Source: a virus. From it: a stretch of 64,000 nucleotides of DNA. Location: the IMG/VR virus record IMGVR_UViG_3300030329_003201, positions 9,014-73,013 of that record, one strand, 5' to 3'. Of this stretch, positions 16,869-28,800 are shown piece after piece (position 1 is the stretch's first letter; the number at the start of each line of letters is the position of its first letter). The position numbers and the translations under genes are program-made. Below the pieces are notes generated by a model. It was not told the DNA's origin. It worked only from the letters and a program-made list of their open reading frames with translations, and did not search any database.

Positions 16869-19800
16869 CTATCGTTCGCGAGGAGGTTTAATTTCCTTCG
16901 CCCTTTGTTTCTCTTCCCATAATAATCGCTCTGTCAACTCTACTTCTTTGGCTTCTGGCGTCTTGACCAGTCTAGGTCTAAAGAATACGCCTAGCCGCTC
17001 TCCTTCCAAGCCGATCTCAGGGCGCGGACCAACACCTCGTGTCCAATACGAAGAGTCCTCTATTTTGTCGTAAAGGTTCTTGTCTGGTGTTGTTGGCCCA
17101 AACAAGTCTTCTTCTATGTACCCATGGTGCTCTCTGTACTCACGCATCTTGTTGGCGAGATAAAGAACAGTTTCGACATATCCTACGTCAGCCCTGTCGA
17201 ACTGAACCCATGAATCCGCACTTCGACCGGATGGAATAATGCCAAAGCGTCTCTCTTTGATGGCGCTTGGTATTTGCGGAATGGAGCGAATAATCAAGCT
17301 TGGCACCGTTTGGTCCAAAGCTTGTCCAATTTTTGGGATTTTACTAACCCAGGTTTCTCCAGGTATATCGATTACTGGAACTGGCATTTGTAGCGCATTT
17401 TTCCACAACCAGTAGTTTCTTGGATTCTGAGCAACCCAAACCTCAGTTTGCGACGGATATTCTTTCTTCAACTCATTAGTGATTGGAACAGGGGTGGCGT
17501 CAAGAAAGTCTAGGACGAACAATCCGCCAGTCATATATATATCCAATTCAACAATGCTGGTTGGAATCACGTCTCCAGCGAGCCCTCGTGTCCTGAAGAT
17601 TTCCTCGTCAAACATGTATACCAAGGGCTGCTGAAGAAGCGGATTCAGACGAGCCAGGAAACGAAGACCGTTCTCTCTTTCTTCTTTTGACGCATTGCGA
17701 TTAAATCCGCCGCTAATAAACGCACCAATCTCTCTGTGTAGATTGATTGCATCCATAAGAGGAACCGGCGCTGCCAAAAATCTTACGCCTTGGTAAATGC
17801 TTTTATTTGCGTGTGCATTCCTAAACAGGACGCTCAGCCTCTGAGAGGTGTAGTCGTCCTCCATGAGGATGCTGCTTCCTTCAGTGTTCTGCTGGTTCAA
17901 CCCTCGCATCATCCGAATCTGGGCCATAAGCCTATGTGGATTTGTTACTAAGGTGTCGTAGAAGAGGTTGAGGTTGTTCCTTGTGTAGGAGTAGAACAGG
18001 AATCCTCTTCGCAAAACCTGCTTTTCCCAATCGGTCAACTTCGAATAGTCATACATGGCGTCGGTAGCTGTTTTTGCTGCCTCTGCCATTGACCTCCCGT
18101 TGTAAAGCTCATCAACAAAGACGCCCGACCTAAAGTAGTTATCAATCGAAGTAGCTGTTTCGACGAGTAACCGCTGTGCTTGGCCTGGAGCTTCAGCCAC
18201 AATCTTGTGCCACGCAGCTTCGTTTTTCTCCAAGTCACGAAGCATGTGTGATGCGTTTCCGCTTTTTACAAAAGAGGTGTTTAGCTTATAAAGCTTCATT
18301 GCATCAAGAAGCATTTCAGTAGTGAAAATGCGACCGTCTTTGCAAACCAAAGCTCTTGCGGAAGAAACGCTGTTAATGTTTGGCCCATCACCCCAAAGTC
18401 TGGCCGATAAAATTCCCGACAGGCGAGGATGGGCAAGCGCCCCTATAAGACCGCCTTCAATACGCACACCATCTGCGCCAACTTTCAAACCAAGACCAGA
18501 TTTTTGGTAGATCTGAAACAGCGAACCAACCGTAATGCCCTGGTAATAATGAACGTTTGGCTGACCAATACCAACCGTTACACCCTGACGAAGCATTGAA
18601 TAGGTGAACCCATAGAGCCTAAGCGTGTAATCAAGCGTGTCCGCAATCAGAATCTTTGCGGCAACGCCTGGCTTTAGTCTTAATTCGGGGTCTAAGGCTT
18701 CATCGCCAAATAGGAATTCTCTTCCAAGCTCTGTCGCAACGTCTTCACCGCGCTTTCCTCGTTTTTCAAAAGCCTCAGCCACCCTACCTTTTGCGCCTTT
18801 ACCAAAAGCCCCCTGTCCGCTTACTCTGTCTATAGCAGCATTTAGTTCATCAAGAACCATTGGAGGAACAAGAGTGCGTGATCCATCTGGCGCAACCCAA
18901 TCGACCCAGTCTTCTGTGGCAGATCCGAACTTGAATCCCCAAGCATTTAAGATTTCATGCGCCGCTGTGTAGGCAGCCATGTCATGGATGGTATGCGTCT
19001 GCTGTGCGCCTTCGGGTGCTTTTAAATCTAGATACGGTATCCGACGTGTATCATCGTCCCAATCCTGACGTGGATAGATTGGATCTCCATCAGCCGCAGC
19101 GCCTGGTTCTGCTGGCCTAACAACCTCATCAATGTCTCCGCGCCGCCCTTCTCTAAATCCAGACGGAGCTTGAATAATGTTTCCTTCTGCGTCACGAACA
19201 ATCGCGGCACCGCCTGGACGAAGCTCCATATTTATGTAGTGCTTTACGCGCTCCATAAATCGCGTTGCGTCTTTACCGTTTGCATATTGTGAAACAAGAT
19301 CGTCTGTTCTTGCCGTAATCCCGATTTCTACCAACTTATCAACGAACTTGGCTTGGATTTCTCTGGCCCTCATGCGAACAATCAGTTGAATCGCGGCATG
19401 TCGTGCATCATATGCAGGAAGCACATCTGGTCGCGTTCCAGTCTCAAGACCGTGCTTCTGAGCCCACTCAAAGAGATCCGGCCAATCATTACCGTAAAAA
19501 CTGGAATACAATCGAGACTTCGTCGCGTCATCCATGACAGAGAGCGCTGCTTTTGCTTGAGCGGCGCTACCCGAAATACACTCAACAATATCGGTCACTC
19601 GTTGATCTAATAGATTGTACCTGTCGTGAAGTCCACGCTCAATAATATCGATACTGTCTCGCAGACCATTGACCTGATGCTTTGAAAGTTCGACAACATC
19701 TTGCTGAATGGCGTCGTCGATTAGATCACGCAAGGCAATAATCGCGGCTCGCTCGCCATCTGTCATTCTTCCGCTTGCAGCAAACAGTCCGGTTATTGCA

Positions 19801-22800
19801 TCAAGCTTTGACTCTAACTTTTGAAGCGTAATCGGGTCTGATCCCACTTTTGAGAAGCTGTCCTTAAGCCTCCATACTTGATCTGCATTCCGCACATCAA
19901 GAGGCGGTGTGAGCATTCTGGTAAGAGACTGGACTACTTCTAAAATACTTCCCTTGCTTCCTTCCTTTTGGAGCCTAAGCTGAACCCTCATTAACCAGTG
20001 AGGAATGTCGTCAATCTCCTGGTCCATTAGCTTTTTAGCTTCTACAAGCTCTGGAGTGACGTAGCCGGTTCGGCTCCAGTATCGTTTAGAACTGTCACCT
20101 TCCAGAACTCCAGCAACCTCAAAGGGTTCAAACACCTTGAACCTTTTCCGAAACCCGGAAATCATTGCCCCTAAAAACGGGACTTCCTCACCAGCGTCAA
20201 CGATTGTTGCCCAAGTGCGTTTTACAAGGTTTGGAGAAACGCTTTCTGTAAGCCTGCTCCGTGTTGACCCTACGCCTGCTTCCATGTCTGTTATAGACTC
20301 ATGAAGCTTATTGTATTCTACTACAGATATTACAGAAAAATCTGCGTCTGCTTCAAACATCCACTTGGGTACAGTATCCCTCGCTAACGGGTGAGCACCA
20401 AGCTCTTGAACAAGAACCCTTACCCTGCTTTGTTGTTGACGGTTCAGATCGAAAACAGGTATTTCTACTGGTCTTCCAGTAGCATCATCAAACACAGTCT
20501 CTGTCCGAATCTTTCCGGTTTCTGGATCACGAAGCCAACTTCCAACTTCATCGCTCATGCGTTGTTGAAGCTTCATTACTCTCTTTGAATCTGCTAATCT
20601 CTGCGGATTACCGAACACTGAGAGCATTTTGTTTGCAACTCGTTCTCGAATCCTTTCAGCACGAATCACAGGAACAATTGTTCTTGTGGTAAGCCTGACG
20701 ACTTTTTCTGCACCCCATTTCTTTCGTGCCGCTTCTGCATAAACATGACGAACAGCAAGGCCGACAACGTCCACTGCATTTACTTCTGTCGTGTCATCGC
20801 TAATATTTAGAATCCGTTGAAGCTGGCTTCTTCTTGCCTCAATGCGAGCAGCCTCTCTTCGTTTACCCGCCTGAGCAACTTCTCCGCCAAGTCCTCGTTT
20901 GGTTGTAAGCCTAACTGTGTAGAAATTCTTTAGTTCTCTATCATTCAGAACATCTGCCTTAGCTCTTTCGGAAATATCAATTCCGACATCAAGCTGTTCA
21001 TCAAAGAACGCAACGGCTTCTGGGCTCAGTTCATCAACCCTATCTGCGCGGATCATCCTCCACATTCTGTGAAGTGCGTAAATGATTTTTCTGAAGAAGT
21101 TGTGTGTTGGCCCATCTTGGGCGTGCTTTGTACTGAAATAGTAGGCAAACGAAGACCCAAGCTCATCCCAGCCTTTGGTGGTCAAGCGACGTGTACCGTC
21201 TGGAAGAACCTCGCTATCAAAGTTTCGGTACATAAACTCTGCAACATCATCAAACTCATCCACCATGAGGCTAGCAAGCATCTTGCCGCTTTCAGCAAAC
21301 AGGTGCCTTACATCACCAGTCTCGAAGAACGATTTAGTATGAAGGGCAGCGGCATCAAAGTCGTCAGGTGAGAAATCACGCAGCGGCTTGAATGGGCTTG
21401 AAGGAGGCCCATACATCACACGACCTCGTGACTTAAACGCCCTACCAGCACTTCCTGGCTTTGAAACATCATCCGAATCAACGATGGTTTTCGGATACAC
21501 GCCTCTAGATGCAGGACCAATAGACGCAGATGCGGTGCGTCCGTTTCCTGCCAATTCATCACGGGCTTGCGCTTGTTTCAACCAAGGGTTCGCATCAAGC
21601 ACTGAGTCCAAAGCAGCGTCAAATGCAAGCGTTCTCATGTTTGGCAAGAATGACGCGCCAGGATGGCTGAACGCATCGGAAGCAAACTGACCCTCCAACG
21701 TGTCAGCCATTCGCTCAGTTTGCGCCATTGCTGGCTTATGAAGCTCAGTCGAAACATCGCCAACGAGTCTACGATAGTTCGAATCCAGTCTGGCAATGTT
21801 GGACATCCGCCCACTTTCGATGCTCCTAATAAGGAGATTCAGCATCGAGTCGTTACGCCCAAACGTTTTAATCCAACCCTCAATGGTTTTGTGGGCTTCT
21901 AATGTTTTATTTAGTGATTCTAGCCTTTTAGGATTATTATTGTACCTAGACTTGACCTTGTTGATTTGCTTCTGAACAAGGCTTGAATCAATGCGGCGAG
22001 CATTACCCATCGCGTTTCTTACTTCACTTGGGAACAAGTCCACCAGTTCAGGCATCGCTGCAAAAGCATTTGCGCGTTCAACCAAGTAGGGCCTTGTCTC
22101 AGGATCCGACATCCAAGAATCAAATTCAACATCAGCCCTTTGCTGAAAAATACTTGTCCGCCGTCTTTCGACTGCTTTTTTAAAGACATGATCGAAACCA
22201 GCGCGATCTATTTCTCCTGCCTCGAATCTAGATCGGAGATCGGAGAACTGCTTTGTCTGCATTACATCGAAGACAATCCGGTTGTAATCAGCCTTTGCGT
22301 TGACATGTTTCCACTCGAAAAACCACTGAAGAGCGTCTTCGTGGCCTGGTTTTCCAACACCGTAGAAGTCATCGATTTTCTTTCCAGTAATGACCGGGGC
22401 GTCCGGCGCAAGCCCTCTTGTTAGGGCAACAAACCTATCTGAAAAATCCAACCAAGTTTCATTGGGGTGGCGTTCAAACCAAGAGTACTTCTTGTTCCCT
22501 TTTACAACATCATTAAAATCACTCGTCATTAGAGTGAGCGTCTTCATGACTGAGTTGTCTGCTGTCATGCCAATAGAGTCAGAAGACTCCGCCAGATGTT
22601 GAGCAAGCGCTATAGGGGAAGGAGTGACAGCAATCGCATCTACGCGAATCCTTTCCGTCCTAACGTTTTCAAGATCAGACAACAGCCTTTGTCGAAGCTC
22701 CGGTGATTCCACGACTTCCAGCATGTCTACAAGCTCTGACTCGCGAAGAAGCAACCACTTTCTGTTATCAAGAATCCTACCCGCTCCGACTTGAGACATT

Positions 22801-25800
22801 TCGATTGTATCGATGTCGATGATTGGCGCACTTGGCTTTTGCCAATCACGAGCCTTGATCGTATCGAGCAACTCGGGTGCCACGTTGAGACTAACCAAAG
22901 CACCACGATAAGGGTTCTTGAACCTTTCTGTGGCCTGAGCGTAGAATCTCATAATGTACAAAATTTCATTTCTTGTAAGATTAGAGCCTTTGTTTGAAAG
23001 AGCGGTCATATACCTGTCGCCCATTTCATACAATTCTCTAATCGACCGTGGCTGCGTTACAGCCGTAAACACCTGATTTTCAAACACTCTTGATGTTGGA
23101 TCAAGCAGGCTGTGCATTGAACGAGAAGCCAATGCTGTAAGGTACAAATCAAGACGCTGCTGGTATTCCAACCGCTTAGAAGGAATAAGATTTCCTTCAC
23201 CATCAAAATACTCAGCAGGATTCGGCCTCAAAGAGTCAACATCAGCGCTCTTCTGCTTCTTGTCGTACAATCCGCCAATGATTGAATCGTACTCATCAAT
23301 GTACTTGTTGATGATCTCTTGAGGGTTTGTAATGTCTGACCAAGAAATATTCCTTGTTTGACCATCAACGGTAATCTCTACGTCTGGAAGAGATGGCTCT
23401 GGAAGCCTTGCATAGTTCAACTCTACAGGACGCATTGATAGATACGTCAGATCGTGAAAAGAGAATGCACCATCTAAGCCGCCAGGAATAAGAGCAGGCT
23501 TTAGGTCTTTCGTCATCGGAACAACGTCAATCGTTAGACTCACTGGCTGATCAACACCATCAACCTTCGCTTTTACTTTGATTGATCTTGAAACATCGAC
23601 AAGCTCAGATGCTGTTCCAAGCGACTCCCGAATCCTATTGACCTGATGAGCCGAAAGCTGAGACAGTGAAACTTGTGCGGAAAGACCTTTGTTGATGTAG
23701 TCGTCAACAGTTTGGTGTGGCGTTCCGCCAGCGACCTCTTCAGCCTGATCCATTTGGTCTAAAAGCTGTTCTGCAAACCGCTTAGGGCCAACAAGCCTGC
23801 GAGCATCTAACGCCTGCCTATCAGGCTGTGAAAGCGGCTCAGGACGAGTAGGCGCTGGCGGGCCGTACATCATGCGGCGATCAGTTGGAGCCCATGTTCC
23901 CTTGTTGTTTACGCTCTTTGCTTGAGCAGGCTCAAACACCATGTAGTGAGTATCGTCTTTAGGGAGCCTCTGTCCTGGCGTCCACTGCCTTGTTTGCGGG
24001 TCATACCTTTCTGCAAAGAACAAATGAGCGTTTGCAATGATGCCATCATAGCCCATCTGTTCGACTACCTGCCGAGCAAACTCATTCTGGTAACGATTCC
24101 CCTCTGGACCCCAACTATTGAAGCGCTTGTTTACCATTCTATCCCAAAATTCCCACGCCTCGATTTGGGTCACGCCGTTTTTAGTTTTCCTGCCATCTAA
24201 GATGAACTTTTTTGTTCGTTCAAGCTCGTCTACAACAACGCCTTCTTTCTCAAGGCGAGCAGCAACTACATCAATGGCATCCATAAGAGATTCGCCAGTA
24301 CCATCATCAGCCCACCTAAATGAATGTGCAGCATCTTTCATCTTGCCGTACTGATCTAAAATCAGTGGGTTTTTTAAGCTTAAGTACACAGGGTATGCCT
24401 GCATCGCACCATCGGTTTCAAACTCAACCTTTGCAATGAAATCGACAATAAGATCTCGGTATACCTTCCTGACACCTGATGCGTCTCCATCATCAATAGC
24501 TTTGGCGAGCCGAGATTGTTGAGCATCGGTCAGCTTAGAAACATCGCCGGAATTGATAAAGTCTTTTGCTGCATTGATAATGTCAGCATCGGTGAAGCCA
24601 TCAAACTCAACCCTCAGGTTTGACTTGTGCTCATTGAATGCCTTGAACCACTCTGTTCCTTTCTCCATAAATCTTGGGTCTAAGGAAGAAAACGCATAGT
24701 GTTGTGTGAGGTCGTAAATCGAGTCTGTAAAATAAATAGAAGAGCCAAAATACCCTTCTACATTTCCAGGCTGAAACTCCTCAAAGCTAAAGGGGCTACC
24801 GTGGAACACCCGAAGAGGCTTTCCTTGATCGTCTACTACCTTGGAATCCTTGAACCAGGACTTGAACTCCGCAGATGAAGTCGGTGGTGCTACTGTGCGA
24901 TCTGGAAGAGGAGCAGGAGGACCATACATCTCCCTCCCTCTCGACCGAACGGGCTCTGTAGATGAGCCTGACATTTTGGCTATGTCAGCGTCATCAACCA
25001 TAAACGTTTGCGGATACCTTCCGGCTTCTACGATTGTACGAACCCTGTACCTGTAGCCTTCATCAAACTTTGAAGAACCAGGCAGGAACACATTGGCGAC
25101 ATAACCATCAACAACAGACTCTACTTTTTCGCCATCAACGATTGAGGTCACGACATAATTGACCCGATCACCAATATTAAAGTCGGGCTCGTCAAGCTCC
25201 GCACGCTTTGCGTCGTAGCCTCGTATTAGGCTTTCATACTCCTCAATGTATGCTGATTTCCAGTCATCACCCCTTGCGTTGGCATCAGCACTAAACCTAT
25301 ACCCACCGCCCTCTGGACGGTCATACCCAGTAACGGCGTCCCAGGTTTCTTCAAACGGAGTGAACACAGCGTGCTTTGATTTTTCGCTGCCGAGAACATA
25401 GTCCGATCTAGCAGCCAATCTGGCGTGTCGGTCGATTACGTCAGCATCAGCATCGGGGCGGTATTTAGTCTTCTCAAGCTTTGGAAGAGCGTCAACCTGG
25501 CGCTGGCGGACCCCTTCAAAACTGGGCTCAGTCTCTCTCGCGCCAAACGGAGCGTCATCAACTCTGACAGGCGCTTCTAAGTCTTCTGCAAACTTACCGG
25601 GCAACTCATCATCAAGGCGACGAAGCTCTTCAATAACATCGTCAATCGGTCGCGCGAGATTATCTAAATGATCTGGGCCAACGTCCAATGCGTTCCAGCT
25701 TTGAAGTCTTCTTCTATTTATTTCAGAAGCATCAGAAAGCTCCGAAGCCTTTCCTTCAAAAAGACGCTCAATATGATGTCGGAACATCGGATGAAAGTCT

Positions 25801-28800
25801 TCAAATGCGCGAGGATTCTTTCGGTTCATCGCCCGGAAAAGCTTTTTCAAACGAAGAATAAGTCGATTGAAAATCTTTCTTACTGAAGGGGCAAAATCAC
25901 TTCTGCTAATGACTTCAGGCATCTTGTTGTAAACAACATACTCAGCAAACTTCTCAGCGTACCACTCGTAAAAACCTACGTTTTTACCTTGGTTTTCAAG
26001 ATTCCATCTTGTGTACGATGTTTCTTCGACCAGCCCAGTACGCTTGAGTTCATCAAAATACACACGCCTAAGATTCGCCACCTCAGTGTCCGAAAGAAAC
26101 GAAGTCATAATCGCGTGCCCCATTTCATGGGCAAACGTATACGTCATAAGATCAGTAGTTTGGAGAGCTTCAGCGTGGGCGTCTATTCGGTTTGCGACCC
26201 ACCCTTCCGCAGCTTCTACTGGCGCAAGGCCTTCCGCAGCGTCATCAATGAAATCTACAACAAATCCTTTGATGCTGGCGTCAATATTTGTGCCGCCGCG
26301 CAATGCGTCTCGGTTTTTAATTAGGGCTTCAACAAACTTCTTTTCCCTCAGGTTTACGCCATCCTCAAGCATGCTGTGCGCCATTTTCCGAACAAGCTGA
26401 GGGAAGGTCACGCCTTCTAATACCGAGATGTCACCGTCATTAAGTCTATTGATAAGCTCTTCAAATGTAAGCGCTCGAAGCTTCTCATTCTCAAGAAGTC
26501 GCATTGGATCCAATGATCCTGCGATTCTTCCTTCCTGGTCGAAAAGCATCATCAGTGAATACACGCGATCACCAGGAAACTTTTTGTCGATGCCCTCTAA
26601 GGTTACAACCTTGGAACCACCGAACGAACCCTCCGGCCCTTCGATTCCCCTGTGTGATGTATCAATCCAGTCATCAAGCTTGATGTCTCTCAGAACACGA
26701 GAAGGAAGCGAGTGAACCATTGCGTACAAGAAGACATACACATCTTCTGGCAGACCTGCTTCCCGAAGATCATCAAGCTTGCTCAGGAGCGCTTGCTTGC
26801 CGAATCCAGGGGTTACTTCAGGAGAAGTTGACTTTGTAGTCCGTTTTATTTCGGCTTGTGCTTTGGCAATATTATCGCGCAAAGTCTTGATTTTCTTAGT
26901 AAAACCAGACTCAGCCTTCATTGTTGAAGTGTATTTAGTGAGCGCGGCACGAATCTTACTGACTGCCGCATCGTCATTATCTGCAATCGCCTTGATAAGA
27001 CGCCTTAGAAGCACAGTGGAGACTATTTGATGCGCTACCTTCGGGTCTGCGATTTTAGAGGCAATCATCACAAGCTGGTCTGCTGTTAGATCCTCAAGAA
27101 GCTTGCCCTCTAAATCGATTGAAGCAACCGACCGAATCCCAGCCAGCCTCCAGCCTTCATCGTCGGAAAGCTTCAGTTGGTCTACAAGCTCATCAGCAAC
27201 ATCAATGTCAATGAAACGAGGGCCACTTATGGGGTCAAACTTCAACCCAAACGCCTTGAGTAGAGAATCTTCTATCTCAATACCCTTGAGGTCATCACCA
27301 TACCGAATACCAAACTGCTTTGCTTCAAAGCCAGCAAGCACTTCGAGAGCATCTTCTACGCTTCCGGTCTTGCTAAGTGCTGCAAAATACAGTCTTTCAA
27401 CCAGCTTCATCTGCACTTTGATAGCGTCAAGCCCTTCATCAGCACCCTTGAGTGTGCCTTTTTCGGCCATGTCTTCCAATCGAGTCTGGATTCTTTTGTA
27501 CACTTCAGACTCCTGAAGCTTATCCAACCCTTCGAAATACTTAGATGCATGCAGCCCAAGACGGGAAACAAATGTGCGTCCGCGCTTTTCAGCCGTTGCG
27601 TGAATGATTCTGCGAACGGTTTCAACGGGAAGCCCCACAACCTCAAGCGAATCATAAATCTCTTTCCAATGCGATTTAGGAAGACCATGAAAAGGATTTC
27701 TGCCCTTTGCAATATTGTCTTCGTAGACTCTTAGAGCCATTTCTCCCCAGGTCGCTGCCACTCCTGGGAATGGGGCATTGATGTCTTTCGGTCTTCCAAA
27801 CCGTAAGCTTCCTTCATCGCCTTCAATCCCACGCGCCCTTCGAACATCTCCCCTGGCTTGTCGGGGTGAATAGTTAGACGACTGTCTGAACTCCCGCTCC
27901 AAGCTTCTTCTGGTCGTTCTCCACAGACGGTTGACTTCACTCTGGCTCAAATCATCAACAGTCATTACTGGGGTCGGGCCGCCAATCTTTGCTGTTTGAG
28001 CGTCCATCTTTTCAGCAAGAAGCGCATTTGCGTTTGCGTCGAAGATCTCCTGCGCCCTGGCTTGCCTTTGCGCTGGTGTCACCTGGGGAGCCACGTCGTT
28101 CCAAGCCCACTTAGGGGACCAGGCATACCTCGCGTGAGTACCAAAACTAGCGCCCGGCATCCGCCTAGCGGAGGCGGCATACCTAAACGGAGACGCGCCT
28201 ACACGGAACCCACCTTTTATCATTCCCGTTTCCCAAGGAATAAAAATGTCACCAGCAAAGCCTATGCCGCGCAGTGATTGGACAAACTTACCGTCAGGAT
28301 CAGCGCCTAATCCAACACCCCATTGAGCCAAGGCTCCTTGCAAGCCCCAGTCTTCCGCCTCTGGGTGCAACTTGTACAGATACTCATCCGTAAACGCGGC
28401 AGGCCGACCTGGCCTGTCATACGCTCCTAAAGTGATTACTTCACCAAGAGGATCCAGCCCGTACCTTTGAATTGCTGTGGCTCCAAACTCTGCCACTGCA
28501 CCAAATATTCTCATACGGTATATAAGCTCAGATTCTTGATGCCAGAAAACAGGGTTCCCTTCTTGATCAACATCAAATCTTTTGTCCACAAAAAGATCAG
28601 TCCCTATCCCTGCTGCCGTAGACCTACCGTGACCAAAGAGTCTTGTGTGTGCTCCTCGCCAGGCATTGACCGACATGGTGATTTTTTCATTCGTCCTGTC
28701 AACCCTTTCGAGAAGCGGCGCTGGAAGATACCCAAGCGGGGCCTTGTTCAGCACGTCAAATAATCCCCTAAGTCTTGGGATTTCATGGTCTTCAACACCT

